A DNA stretch of 64,000 bases from Octopus sinensis (lineage: Eukaryota), in contig NC_042998.1 of the NCBI RefSeq assembly GCF_006345805.1, positions 67,580,001 to 67,644,000 of the forward strand, written 5' to 3'. A model generated the notes under the pieces. It saw nothing but the letters and a program-made list of their open reading frames with translations, had not been told where the DNA came from and ran no database searches. A program made the position numbers and the translations under genes. Below are positions 27,226 to 42,270 of this stretch, one piece after another (the stretch's first letter is position 1; the number at the start of each line of letters is the position of its first letter).

Positions 27226-29367
27226 TAAATGTGTTCATTGTAAAATAAGATATCATATAAATTTAGTAGCTTATACAAATAAAATAGAAATTTATCTGTA
27301 CCCAGATGATTAATGTCTTAGATTAATTAATCATACTGCCACATTATACTAGATAGAAGTTGCTGAAAGTCAAATTGTTCGATTGGTCTCTTTTTTCTTC
27401 TAACAGTCATGCCTGGTGGCGTCTGTAACAGAGAACAGTTACGTCATTGGGTTTAAAGCCTGACTTCAGTTCATCTAATTCAAAATAAGCTCGGTGTTTC
27501 CGGTATTGATTAACATCAGGAAATATTCTCTCGCAAATTAATTCAGTTGATGATTTTGTAGCAGTGTTAGAGAGGCCATTTGAAAAATTTATGTACCAAA
27601 TGAAACCAATAACACAGACTACAAAAGACCTACGGGTGCAATAACCAAAGTTACGACAAAAGATACTAAAACGATATAAACCCAAGTGTTTTCGTCTTAA
27701 ATTCCGGCGTACACACATACAGAATGACATATTATTTCTTCATTTGACATTTCTCAATCAGCACAACTACATGTACTTGTAATTGTTATAAGAATTCTTT
27801 AAAAGTCTAATAGAAAAAATAATTGGGGTCATCGCAAACGATGCAAAGTTGAATCTACTTTAGCTTACAGCCAGATGTTTATATTATATACTATAGAAAC
27901 ATTTTAGGTTTTCATATCAGATATATATTTATAGGATTTCATAGGTGGTGTTCAATTCTTTTGAATCGATTCATTTATACGGCACACCAGTAATACAATA
28001 TTTGTTATAACCAGCCAAAGCGTAGGGTCCCTGTTTGATCGCCAGGTATGCGGATCATTGCTGCCAAATCTCCACCAATTCACAATTAACTATCAAACGA
28101 GCGATTGAGTAAATGCAGTTTTCGTAATACAATACTGAATAAAAGATATGATTATAGGTAGAATTAATCTAATCATTTGCCTGCTCTCTTAAATTGACCT
28201 AGAGATAAGCAATAATATATTTTGTATGAGAAATTTTTAGATAGACATATTGTTTCTAAATGGGAAATAATATTCCATTGCATAACGCATAGCACAACAT
28301 AAAGTATTTTCTGTTACTAGATAACCAAAAAACCAACAGCAGTTAACGAAAAAAGATTTGTGCATAGAATCAACTAATTTATATTCTCGACAGTATGTTA
28401 TATAATTGAATGGTTACGTTGCATTTTAAATATATTTTAAATATATTTTTATTAGTTATTCTGATGAGGAGAGGAGAATTCCTCGAGGCGTTCTGGGTCT
28501 CCCTGGTGTAGTATGTTTTATATATAATTTCTGAACACTCAGAATGCTTAATATTATATTGGAATAGTTATGAAAAAATTGAAAGTGTATAAGAAAGATA
28601 GAGGGAACAAGATAAGGAGGAGGGTATCAGAAACTGAGTAGATGGCAGGAAATTAGAAGACAGAGCCGAGCTAAGATGCCGAAATATGGAACTCAAGAAA
28701 GCGAGGATTGGTGGAAATATCGAATGCATGAGAAGTAAGGGGATTGCTTATAAGCTGTAGCGATAGATGGAGGGAGATGGAGTAGGGCAGGCCAAAAGTA
28801 AGCAAGAGTGTTTTTCATGTGTTTAATTACCTGCATGTTTGTATCCTATGTTAGTAGCAAAGTGGTAGAGATTCACAAAATGAGTAAATGCACGTATATT
28901 TTGTTCAGAGTCTGTTTATTTGTACCAGTTTATTTGTAATTAATTGTATTCGATAAGATCAAGTGTCAACTGCTATTGATAAAGACATCATTGATAAAGA
29001 CGACGATTTGCCGGAATCATTAGTGAATCGGAAAATAAAAGTGGTTTTGTGGTAATTATTCCGACTCTTTACTTTCTAAGTTTAAATACCGGCGAGGTCA
29101 ATATTGTCCTGGGGAAAGAGTGTAAATTAACCAGTTCACATAAGAACTGTTAGTTTTCTACCTAAAACTTAAATGATTATGTCACCGCCGCTAATATTGG
29201 CGAGTTGGCAGAATCGATAGAGGCGTCCGAAAAATTGTTCTGATGGAAAATCCTAGAGAGACCAACTTTACTTTCATTATTTTGCAGTCAATAAAATAAA
29301 TATTAGTCCAGTGCAGAGGCCGATGTTACCGATTATATCTCCCTAAAAAAATTAATGTCCTTGTGAC

Positions 29368-29400
<33 letters not shown>

Positions 29401-29746
29401 TATAATAATATAATAATAATAATATAAAAATAACAGGAACCAAGAGGTGGAACGAAACGACGAATCGGAACGAACCTGACGCGGGGCGCTGTCAGACAAT
29501 AATGTGATAAATAAAAATATATGCATACATACAAACATGTATGTACGTACCTACATCTACATGTATATATACATGCATATAAAAATAATTATACGTGAGT
29601 ACAGGACGCTACAATAAGACGTAGAAACGGGAAAAAACAAAAAAAACAAAAAACAGAAAACGAAAAAAAACAGTTACAGGACGTGCTACACAAGGAAAAA
29701 AACCCCGTCATCAGCTGTCGCTAGTGGAATCAAGCATGTTTATATA

Positions 29747-29854
<108 letters not shown>

Positions 29855-30585
29855 GTGGTATAGCAAGGCACGAATGTTTACTAGAAATAGCAGTCGTTAA
29901 TTTTACGACGCTATAGTAAAGCTTCACTGTATATATTCTGGCGAAGATGGATGCGTGCAGCGAACATTAAAAAAAATCATCTTACCTCTAGAAAGAACAT
30001 TAGATAAATAGACAACTCAGAATTGGATAATCTAGGACATAGGTTTCGGGCTCATCAAATAACGTTTGCTATCGTAAAAGTTATTAGTACTCCTCAGCTA
30101 GATTTGCCGAGACAAAATTTCAAATGTTGCTATATTATTTTATTAAGACAAGGGGGCGAATTGACAAAAGCTTCAGAGCGTCAAGAAAATAACTTGCGGC
30201 TCATTACCTTCTGCAATGCGTGTTGGTGTGTCTTTGTGTATGTATGTGTGTGTGTTTGTGCGTATGTAAGTGTGCGTGTGTGTGAGAGAGAGAGAGAGAG
30301 CCAGAGACAGAGACAGATTTTGCACTTAGCCTCAGATTGCTTGACTATCGATGTTGGTTTCTTTACGCCATTGAAATTAGGATTGGTAAGAGAGATCAAA
30401 TAATATATGTATCAGCCGTAAAAAATAATAACTGTTGAGTTGCAGTTTTTCAACTAAACATTCTGAGACGGTACTCCAGCAGAGCCACTCTCTAAAGCTG
30501 AAATAGATAAAATAATGTAAACTATGTATGCGTTTGAATGTGTGCGTGTGTATGTATGTATATATATATATATATATACACACAA

Positions 30586-30635
<50 letters not shown>

Positions 30636-32079
30636 TCACATACACAGTATTTGCTGACCTAAACTTTGGGAAACCATCTAATTACGCTTTAATATAAACA
30701 CATACATTATTGAGTAGGAAACGTCTTTAATATATATTAGTGTCTAGACGCAGAATGTCGTCGAATAACTCTCAAACTCTGTCTCAATTGAGCAGAAACT
30801 AACACAAACAACACACACCTACTTGCGCTCATATTCTCCCTCTTCACATATGTGCACACACATAAAATCAGCATACACACACACACATTTAATTTATCGC
30901 TACAATCACCTAGTTTTCTTTTACACTATCTTTTTGTAAGAACGTTTTTCGTTTTGTCTTGTTTTGTTTTTTTGGAAATAAATTACATTATCACAATAAT
31001 AACGCTGATGCTGACTTATATAACGATGGTGTAGAGGAATAGGAAGAAGTAGGAGTCGAAAGGCGAGAGGTCGAAACGAAGTGTTTGAGGAGGTGGAGAA
31101 TTAAAACAATGAACAAATGTTGTTGTTAAAATGCAACTCCCATGTATAATATATGAGCACATATCGTATATGTGCTCATATGCGCATAAGTATCTTAGCA
31201 TACAGCCACTTACTCATACTCATATATTATATATATACACAAGTATACACGTATTTATCGAGCTATTAGTATACATACGTGTACACAAATATATAAAAAC
31301 GCTCTGAGATTGATTCCATTTTGAGAAACTAAGTACGTTGCTTTGGTCTTAAGTTTTCTATTGCAGTTCCAATCACATTTAGGATACATTATAAGAATAT
31401 TAAACTGAACCAAGTTAAGAACTATTACTTTTATGTTATCGGCCCTTGGACGATGAAACAGAAAATACAATACGTAAATTGAGGAAACTAAGTAAAAATA
31501 TGGGTGTTTTGATTGACGTATTAGCAATTCTTTTAAATCTATATATTTTAAGAAGCTGATATAAATGTTGGCTGGTTGAGTTTCCGAGTCACGCTCTACA
31601 TCATAAGGCGAGAGTTGAGGACAGAGAGTGTAAAAGGGAGATTGATAGAGTTAACATAAGAGGTGCAGTTTGAGTTCATATACTAGGCTTAGTGACAGGT
31701 AGTGAGTGAAAGAACACTACTTGCACTCACGAAAAAACAGCGCGAGAGAATCGTAGTGTCAGTGAATGAAGAAGCGAGTGAATAAATTACAAATTGTTAT
31801 GGGAAGCGTTATACAAATATGCTTTACTTAATTTATTTTAAAGTAATCAATATATTTCTTTTGAAAATTGGTATTTATTTCACCTTGGAATTTAACAATC
31901 GTCAAATTATCATTATTGTATGTATGCCATATTTCTTGATATTATTCATGATGGCAAAGATATACTACAAAAGAGACCAGTCATGTGACGGGTAACCTAG
32001 TAAAAGTAATAACTATTTTGCATTTAGCATGTTTTAAGAATTATTTCCAAATGTGCCTAATCGCTGATAACATAGGCGC

Positions 32080-32273
32080 GAAGCTTGAAACTTGTGGAAT
32101 GGCGTTATTCAATTAAATTTACCAGAGAAACCTAATTGGAGCTCTATTTTATCGACCCTGAAAGGAAGAATTCAAGGTGACCGCGGAGGGATTTGAACTC
32201 AAAATGTAAAGACGGACGGAATGCAGCTACGCATTTTGCCAGGCGTGCTAACAATCCTGTCATGTCACCGCTT
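32080..32273 (-). mobile_element. SINE family B, diverged
   Basis: TTTTATCGACCCTGAAAGGAAG...GGATTTGAACTCAAAATG core. Confidence 0.72.
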
Positions 32274-32290
32274 TAATAATAATAATAATA

Positions 32291-32325
<35 letters not shown>

Positions 32326-33225
32326 TAATAATAATAATAATAATATGCCCTGATGCAATACCAGACACAGGCTCACATGGATTCTCATCTTTACTGATTA
32401 GAAGTGTTATCGTGTACATATTTGTGTCTTCGTATAAAGGATGGGCTACAGCAAATATTCTATTCAATTCCACAGATTTGCTCATCAGTTGCTTGACTTT
32501 AACCTGTTGAGCATGTCCCTTAGTGGCTGGCGATATGTGAATCTCTGATCACGAGCAGAAGCAGTGGGGGAGCATCATAGCCATGTGTTGAGAGGAATTC
32601 TTAGGGGTTTGAATAATTCACCTTTGGAAACATGGGCCTTTTGTTCATCATCCTTAAAGCAAAGCTTATTCAGGGGCATTTTGAACGGAATGGGCTACTC
32701 GATATGAATAAAATTCTAACTGGGCTCCACCTGCAAGGTCATGCGCTGTTTAACTTGATATTAGGTCACCATGTCGCGCACATATGGTGCTTGGTGTATC
32801 TTTATCAGACGGGTAGTCATGATGGGTATGTTGGGCTTCGTATATTTTACCTCGGTGTCACTCACTAAGAAGAAGAACCCTTCCTACTATAATAGTGGTA
32901 GTTTTCTTCAAAATTGCAACTAATGTGGCCATTTGCCGTATCCTCTACATATATATGTTACATATTTATCATATAATACCTCGATAATGTGTGGACTAAG
33001 ATCCCCGTTGACAGGCCGCTGATATTTATTGAGAGTTCATAGAGTAACTGCTGCATTTGTTGAGTATATAAACAGTTTGGCAGCTTGTTTCTCTGGAGAC
33101 TGTCAGAATGATGTAGACTCTCCTAATGGGAACCCAACAAGGCTCGAAAATCGATTGAGGTTACTTAGCCTTTTTTTTCAGTCTGCGGAGAAATGACTAA
33201 AATTTACCATGTTTATAATTATACC

Positions 33226-33256
<31 letters not shown>

Positions 33257-34739
33257 TGTATGTATGTATGTATTATGTATGTATGTATGTATATATCCAT
33301 CCATCCATCCATCCAGTTTAGAAACTGCAATTATCAGATTTGAATATCTTGTTGATAAACATCTTCTGAGGGAAGATTTTATTCAAACCCTTGGGTAAAT
33401 GCTAAACATATATATGTAGAAAGGAAAAGTGAAGTCTAACCTGGCGATATTTCGAATCAAAAGTTAAAGAGGGATAACAAAATACCGAAACTCTAATCCT
33501 GCCACTGAAATCTAATCCGGCAAAAGAAGTGCTGTTGCTTGAACTAAATCGTCGTCCGACTTTCTAGTGATGCCAACAAAATGTCCGTCATAGTCCAGCG
33601 CACCATCTTTGGGGTAAAATAACGCACTGGTCAATAGGGGAAATGACAACAAAGAGTGTTTTATATAATGAGTGATGTCGCTACTATGACATGACCATAT
33701 TGTCATTTTGTGAATGCAAAATATATTTGCTTACTGCTTATGCTCGATCAGGGCCAGTCTGACAAGTGTAACAGCAACAACTTAGATCAGCATACTTTTG
33801 AACTGTTTACTGTTAAATCAAATGAAAGAATTTAAAATTATGTCATTTTCTACATCTTCTCGCTCCTTACTTTCGTCAATATTTATTTTCCTCTCTGTCA
33901 TCTTTTGTTTCTTCCCCATCTCATTTTCTTTTTCCTCCATTTTCTAGAAGCACAACCAAAACCAAAAGCTAAAACCCGAGTGACTGAATTTTATCAATTC
34001 TTGATTTGAAGAACGCTTTTTTTTTTTCATTTCAAAAATGATAAAGGCAACGAAACTAAAATGAAGTAGAATTTCTTAAGACGTTCGAAAGAAACCGACA
34101 TCTTCTTTATGATACTTTATAAAGTGACTTCTTTCTGAGAGTTTAATTAAAAACAGACGGAATCTCTTCATGTGAGATGTATTTCATGATGTCAAAATTG
34201 ATACATTTATTAAAATACTGGGGCAGAATTTTGAAACAGACTAATCAACTTGGATTTATATTCGGTCCAGTCGTGTTTTTTATTCCATTTTATTTTACAT
34301 AATTTTCAACCATTGCCGTATTTATTATCAGATATAGACTACTTGTTTCAATTTTATGTTGATTCTAATGCAGTCTATTGGATATTATGGTGCATGTGTA
34401 GGTGTGTGCTAGTGATAGACAGATAGTTAAATATTAAGAGAAGAGGAGAGAGAGAAAGACAAAGGGAAAGAGAACGAGAAAGAGGGGGAGCATTTGTGTA
34501 TGTTTGTGTGTAAGCAACCACAGTGTTTTGTACGTATTTAGAGTTCGAATGCCTCTTTTTCTTTCTTTCTGTATTTATTTCTATTACTGTTGTATTTTTA
34601 TACACATGTTTGTTTTCATGTATTTTGTTTTGTATCTTTTTTTTCTCTTATTATCTCATTCTCCGAAATGGGATTGAATATTTAATGACAGAATAGCAAT
34701 CAAAAATGTTATCTCTGGTGAAATTCAAATATTCGCATC

Positions 34740-35120
34740 ACCATAATAACCGTCATGATAATTACCATCGTCATCATCATCATCAGCAGCAGCAACAGTA
34801 GCTACAGCAACAGCGTCAGCAACAGCATGGACATCAGTAGCAACAGTAAGGACATCATCGTCGTCATTAACTCAATCTACATCATCATCAGCATCATCAA
34901 TAACGTCAACTTTATAACGGTCATCATCAACGTCATCATCATTATTGTCGTCATCGGTAGCCATACCGACTACATTATTGATTGTTACCATCATCATCAT
35001 CGTCATCATCAACATCATTCTCATCCTCATCACCATCATGATCATCACCAGCACCATCATCATGAACATCGTCGTCGTCGTCATCTCAGTAGTAGTAGTA
35101 GTAGTAGTAATAGTATTGGT
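34740..35120. repeat. Degenerate (CAT)n/(CAG)n/(AGT)n trinucleotide low-complexity tract
   Basis: Directly visible; it generates spurious His/Ile/Ser-rich ORFs. Confidence 0.9.
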
Positions 35121-35759
35121 AGTAATCACCAGCCCCCGTCCTCATTAGACTCATCACCATTCTCATTATACATGGCGGCGACGTCAGCAGGTAATAATGA
35201 GTTTTAATTTTACAACAGATTACCGGATATCCGATTTTAGTATTATCAAAGAAAACGACAAGGGTAAAAAGAAGAGATTCCTGCCTATCTCCCCCCCCCC
35301 GCGTACAGACTTACATATAAACATACACATAGATATCCCCATACACAGGCATACAGATGCATACATATATGGTGCATTTATATATATATACATTGATAAA
35401 TGCAAGATCACACAAACAAGTGTACGCACGTACGCATAAACATTTTTACCGCAACATATTGAGGGCTGGCTACGTTTATGAACAATTTATCTGAGACTAA
35501 ATTAATCTATGATTCAAAGCACATATTTGCTTGCCATCAAATTTGTACACGGCAGATATAATTGAGAGTTCACCCGCGATTAGAGGATTCCTCTACTAAT
35601 TCTGTTAGATTCAGAAAGATAATTAATGAGAACAATTATTTCAGAAAATGGATGAATTCGTTCTGTCTTGATACAATGCAGCATCATTTTAGAAAAGAAC
35701 AGATATGCGTATGTATGTATTCATGAATGTAAGTATGTATGCATGTATATATATATATT

Positions 35760-35801
<42 letters not shown>

Positions 35802-35825
35802 GTATATGTATATATATAATGTATA

Positions 35826-35870
<45 letters not shown>

Positions 35871-35873
35871 ATG

Positions 35874-35932
<59 letters not shown>

Positions 35933-36156
35933 ATGTGTATGTATATATATATATATAATGCGTATGTGTATATATATATTTTGATTTTGATTTTGATTTT
36001 TCCAGTTTCAGCTTATGAGCTGTGGCCATGCTGGGGCACCGCCATATATAATGTATATGTATATATATATATAATGTATATGTATGTATGTATATATATA
36101 AAGTACATGTATATATATATATAATGTATATGTATATATATATATATAATGTATAT

Positions 36157-36194
<38 letters not shown>

Positions 36195-36823
36195 CGTACG
36201 TAAGTACGTATGTTTTATATAAATATATCGGTCTACTTATTGCTGCATATATGCATGTACATATGTATGTATCGTTTTATGTAAATATGTATGTACGTAA
36301 GTGTGTATGTATGCATGCATGTATGTATGTATGCATGCATGTATGTATGTAGACAGGCGTGGCTGTATGGTAAGAAGCATGCTTTCCAGCTACAGGATTC
36401 TGGGTCAGTCCCACTGCGTGGCACCTTTGGGAAGCTGACTGGCTAATCGATACAGCAGCGCTTGTTCTGGCACTGTTATTCTATATATCCCTGGTGGGGA
36501 GATGAGTCGCCGCTATCTCTAGCGAACAAGTGTCCATCATTGACAAAACCAAAGAAGGGGGTAATCGACACTGGAAGTGTCAGGTTTTTAACTCCCAACT
36601 AGCTAGTAAAACAAAAGTACATTTTACTACAGAAGTCAATATGTGAGCTTTACTCGTGGTATCTACTGCAGTATAGTGTGTTCTAACATCCATTTTCAAA
36701 TGGAGATATTACCTTTCGGTATTAATTCTGTCTTTGTTGCTAAAATGTATGTGTGCGCCCGCGTTGCTTCCGATGCATTTTCGTCTCGCGGTTTTCTCTG
36801 TCTCTCAATATTTCTCTGATTCA

Positions 36824-36873
<50 letters not shown>

Positions 36874-37136
36874 TTCACTCTCTCTCTCTCTCTCTCTCTC
36901 ATTCCATGTCTTCAATCTCATCACTTCTGTCGAAGAGCGTAAGCTGCAAACGTCAAAGAATTTTCCATTCTTTGTTGTTCCTTCACCTGTTTTTGCCTTT
37001 TGTTTATCATACATTGGGACCATATATATATGTATGTGTGTGTGTGCGTGTTTGTGTGTGTGTGTGTGTGCGTGCGTGTGTGTGTGTGTGTGTGTGTTGT
37101 GTGTGTGTGTGTGTGTGTGGTGTGTGTGTGTGTATA

Positions 37137-37960
37137 CGAGGTGGTGTCAAATAGTTCCCGGACTAGGTATGTATAATATACAATAACTTATTTACCAAAG
37201 TTTTAACACCACCTCCTTCGAAATAGTCATTTTGCGCAGCAATACACAAGACCCAACGTTCCTGCCACTTTCGGAATCTGGCTTGGAAGCCGTTTTCTGT
37301 AAGCGAGGCAAGAACCTTCCGCAATTCGTTCTGAATCTCGGCAACGATGTCAAACGATGATCCTTGAGCTGCATTGTCGTCAGGTGCTAAATCTGGCAAA
37401 TAGGGCTGGTGTGGAATCGATACCATGATATTTTTGGCGATGAACTCACGAGTGAAGAGAGCTTGGCGACAGGATGCATTGTCGTCGTGAAGAATCCAGA
37501 CGTTAGAATTACCTGCACGGACCCATATGACACATCAATAACACCAGTAATGTCATTTATTACCCTCCGACGGTCCTTATGCTCAAGCTGATGAAACTTT
37601 TCCACATTTCCAAGGGTGACGCTCGTGGCAGATCTTCGAGAGCGTTCATCGTCTACCACAGACGTCCTTCCGATTTTCAAGCGCCCGTGTCACTCGAAAC
37701 ATTGTGTACAACCGATTGTCTCGTCGCCATAAACTTGCCGAAGCATGCTCAATGACTCTGTAGCAGACTTTCCAAGTTCAATGCGTAATTCCACGTTGGC
37801 TCTTTGTTCAAATTTCCAGTCCTTGCCAAACGTCGCAGATTACAGCATACATGTGATCGCAAAAACACAAATTTCACAACTTGCGAAGTAATCACGGCGA
37901 TTCCCTCGGCACACTGCCTCATGAAGGTCATTGCTACCCCTCACGCTAATATCAAAGTGG
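37137..37960 (-). mobile_element. Mariner (Tc1/mariner) transposon relic, internally deleted
   Basis: TA + CGAGGTGGTGTCAAATAGTTCCCGGACT terminal sequence at 37135. Minus frames give 'GRTSVVDDERSRRS..VEKFHQLEHKDRR..INDITGVIDVSYGSVQVILT', 'LHDDNA', 'PHQPYLPDLAPDD' (YSPDLAP motif) and 'WQERWVLCIAAQNDYFEG'. Confidence 0.9.
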
Positions 37961-39233
37961 ACCCTGCATAAGTGCTTCTTTGGAGTTTGCCATAAACAAA
38001 TTTCACACACAAACATTCAGACGATTCATGTGTTTCGTACGAAACATATACCAATTCACAACAGTTCTGATCTCAATCCTCTTCTGTATATCTTCTTGTT
38101 TAAGTTGATAGGATGGTTGGTTTTGATGATGTTGTTTAACAACAAGTTAGACGCGATCCAGTGTAATTATGAGTAAGTCTGTTCCAGTCGTAGCTTCCCC
38201 ATCTGTATAGTTATGCCTCCATTTCCCGATATATTCATCCTTTTTATTACTGTTTTATTATTGTTATTGTTTATAAATCAATATGTTTTGGGTTCAAATC
38301 ACGTAGAAGTCAAATTTTCTTTTCCATCTTTTCGAGATCGATAAAATAACGTACAAATCATATATTGGAATTGTTTGAATCGAATAAACCCTCCACCCCA
38401 TCATAGCCACTGGCCTTCTGCCTCAATAAGTAACCATCATTTTTTACTTCTTAGTAAGTTAGTTTTGGAGCCAATTTATGAATACTTATGTGTTTGTGTG
38501 CGCACACGCGCGCTCTTTATGACTGTAAGTCTGTGTGTGTATTAGTAATTAAATCCATTTATGTACGAGAGAAATGATAGTAAAATTATATCTCACCTTG
38601 CAAAATGCAGTATTCGTTGAAAGGAGTTGGCACAGAAAAACACTGTCGAAAGAATGAACACCACGATCATGTGGAACTATCTTTCATCTTAGTTCTGCTC
38701 TATCTGGTCTCATATGCGACAACAGTCATATGTGGATTTGCCTACTTCATTGCACCTTCCCGGTTGGCTCAAATTCTTTAGACGTGTATGACTCTGTGTA
38801 TGTATCTTCCAATGACATCAAAAATAAAAATACTCCATTTCTTTCCGTCAGATTACGTATCACGAAATTATCCAATATATAATTCTAAAATTATTAATTG
38901 GCCGAAACATACCCTTAAATAGTTTGTAGTATACCAAAGGGAAGCAAGGTTCTATCTAGACTCAAGCAACTTACTAAAAATAACAGTTAACTTCCCTCAA
39001 ATTATATCCAAACTCTGAAACATGTTGAAATACAAAAGCAGTGTCCGAAGTGTAAACAAGATGATTATTTATGTAACATCTTTTATCGTAGTTCTACTCT
39101 ACCTGGTTTCACATGAAACTAAACACCAGCAACTTTTAATATTTTGCCTTATCTTTGAATATTTCCCGTTCAAATCTTCCTGATATAACATTCTATTAAA
39201 GCCTTTCAGACTCTGCAAACACCTTATTATTAC

Positions 39234-39272
<39 letters not shown>

Positions 39273-39273
39273 G

Positions 39274-39323
<50 letters not shown>

Positions 39324-40360
39324 GCAGAGGATGGAACATAACTGTAATTCTTCCCAGCAACCTTTTGTCTTGGACTTAATCTAAAAATCTGTTATATTCA
39401 GTGAATCTGTCGAAAAATGTTCACACATTCCCATCTCTTTTTCATTATATCTCTTTACGTTCTGCTTTCCAAATACAGAATATAGACTATTTTGCCGATA
39501 AAACTAAATATCTATGGCGTCCAGCGGTTTCACCTTAAACTTACCTTACAACATCGATGAAAAAATTCACTGTGTAAATGTCTGCCATAATCAATGCCGC
39601 CGACCGCATGTAACATTTGGTCTGGCAGATAAGTTGATTCTGAACTTCTTGTCGCAAATTAGCCACAAGAGATTATTCACAGGAGAATAATTATAAAAAC
39701 AAAGCAGCCATTTTTCTTTATCTCTATATCCCCGTGCGTATCGTCATGTCACATTCTGTTATGTTTACTGACACATGTAATGCTTCCCTTCAATAATTTT
39801 AAACAAGCATCACTTTCTTATAGACAGGCACCATTCTCTTCGTTTTATATGAAATCTCATACCTGCTTAATTCAAAGATTAAAGTTCCCGCAGACCAGAT
39901 TTTGCTTCAAGCAAACTTAGTCAATTTTGAAGAGTATTCTTATCTTTATGTACATTATTAGTTAGAGACGAGGGAAGGTTATGCGATAGGCATGACGTGA
40001 ATAACTGAATAAATATAGAAGACAATACTGCCAAATTTCGTCTCGAGGAAACATCAGTGAAGTGAGAGAACCACTGCTAACTTGAATAACATTGAACAAT
40101 TGCAGTTCGTACAAGCAAGGAGTTGTTTGGAAATTTAAAGGAGAAACATTAAAAATATATTTCCGTTTTCAAATACCCGTCAAATACAAGAAAATTTTCG
40201 CATATTTTGCCTCTGTACTCGAAAATAGGAAAAAGAAAACAATCAAAGCCTGTGATTGTGGGAAATAATAAATATACAGATGTCTATGTATCCATTATAT
40301 ATATATATATATATATATATATGCATCAAATGAAATAAAAAAACAGAACACAAAGGATGT

Positions 40361-40454
40361 CGCGGTACACCTGTTTCAAGCTTTATACAACAGCCTATTC
40401 TTACATCAATGTATAGTCGACATAACAGATGGTTTAAAGCTCTCTTCAGCCGCA
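40361..40454 (-). ncRNA. Type I hammerhead ribozyme motif with intact core
   Basis: Minus strand reads UGCGG CUGAAGA GAGCUUUA..(long loop)..UAAAGCUU GAAA CAGGUG UA CCGCG. Helix I is 5 bp, helix II is 8 bp, and the cleavage triplet is GUA. The 3' end abuts (TA)n at ~40320. Confidence 0.82.
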
Positions 40455-41190
40455 TACAATAGCTATACCAAAAACCTCCATCACATTATGAAAAAAACCG
40501 AAAATGTACATGAAGAAAATACATAAATTCTTAACTCGACAGCTGTTTGAGGAAGCTCGTAGTTACGTACTAATCGTAATATTCATAATTTGCAGCTGGA
40601 ATATGCTAAAATGCTTGGTATTTCTGTATGAAACCAGTAGTCAGTCACACAATGATATAACATTAAGACCAGCTTCCCTCCTCAAGAGAAAATTGGTAGA
40701 TGCAGTTCATACAATAGTGCTAACACCTGCCGCGATGAGGGACACGCGATCTCAGAACCTTTCTTGAATTGTGCAGAACCTAGAGAAAAACAATCCATCC
40801 TGAAGTTAGACGAGATGACCATGAACATAGTATATTCCCTTCGCCTTGGGACAATCTCAGATAAAGGCTGAAAGAAATTCTAAAGTTCTAAACACCATCT
40901 TTCCAAACAGCTGATTTCGAGAATCGTAAAAAAGAGTAGAAATTAGTATCAATATATATATTGAAGCAGATAAACATCGTTGTTTTATCTTTAACCTAAA
41001 AAAGGCCCTGTCCGATTAGATCTATCGTGTAACGTCCCACTAGCACAAATCCAGTGTAGATATATAGTAATTAGCATTACGTTTTCCATTATCATTTTCT
41101 ATGTTCATTTGCCGAACCACTCTTACGGGGACATAAACAAACCAGCATCGGTTGTCAAGCGATGGCTGGAGGACAAACGCACATACACAC

Positions 41191-41238
<48 letters not shown>

Positions 41239-41482
41239 GTATATATATATACATACACACATGTGTGTATATGTATATTATTTTTTTACAAAAGTAACAG
41301 GCTAGCAGTGACTTGCTCACCAAAACTTTGAAGTGTCTGTCACCTTTTTACTTGTAAAAATTATTAAATATAAACCTCAAAAAAAGGATTCAGTTATCCT
41401 TTTTTTGTATGTTGGTAATGTTTTATATAGAAATTACTTATACTGTATGTGTGTTCGCGAACGTGTTATATATGTATAAACA

Positions 41483-41528
<46 letters not shown>

Positions 41529-41593
41529 CAAATGTATATGTGTTGGCGTGTGTGTATTTATGCGTGTGCTAGTGTGCCTTTGTGTGTGCACAG

Positions 41594-41628
<35 letters not shown>

Positions 41629-42204
41629 AGGGGAGAAAGAGAGTTCGCAACGCGACTAAACGATTGAATCAGTGAAATAGTAAAAAGTGTATATCAGTCA
41701 CATTTATCATTGAATCGTAATACATTATTTTGTATATCTATATTATCAAATATCGTTATTTGTAAGCAATATTACTATAAAGGAAAACACTTATATCAGA
41801 CTATATTTCTACATTAAACATTACTCACGTACTTACAGAACATATTTGTTGTAAACATATGTACACCCGAAATTATCATACAAAACAAAATCTCACATAT
41901 TGATATCTGACATATATATGTGTGTGTGTGAGTGTGTGTGTGTGTGTATGTCTGAGCGTGTGTGTATGAGTGTAGGAGAGTGCGATAAAAAATAATCTTA
42001 CACAAGAGGTATTTGATTTCAAATTTGTACAGATCGATATCACTGAAGAAAATATCGAATATATGTATTTAAGATATGAAAATATTCATTCAGTTCTGAC
42101 TTTTTTCCAAAGCAAATATATATATATATTATATATATATATGCATATATGCATATATTAAGTATTTATATATAAGGTACATACACTCAAGCACACACAC
42201 AGAC

Positions 42205-42270
<66 letters not shown>

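Noticed and set aside
28456-28500. CTGATGA..GAGG/CCTC..GAGGCGTT hammerhead-like motif
   Set aside because: GAAA is replaced by GAGG and no helix I can form.
29585-29740. Minus-strand CUGAUGA in a TA-flanked insert
   Set aside because: There is no downstream GAAA or helix III. It may be a truncated element, but an HHR is not supportable.
32345-32860. Minus-strand CUGAUGAGCAAAU...AUUUGCU hairpin in a probable repeat
   Set aside because: The hairpin is followed by GUAG rather than GAAA, and the element class cannot be assigned from sequence alone.
34755-35207. His/Ser-rich 150-aa ORF
   Set aside because: It derives from a (CAT)n/(AGT)n low-complexity tract and has no domain or splice support.
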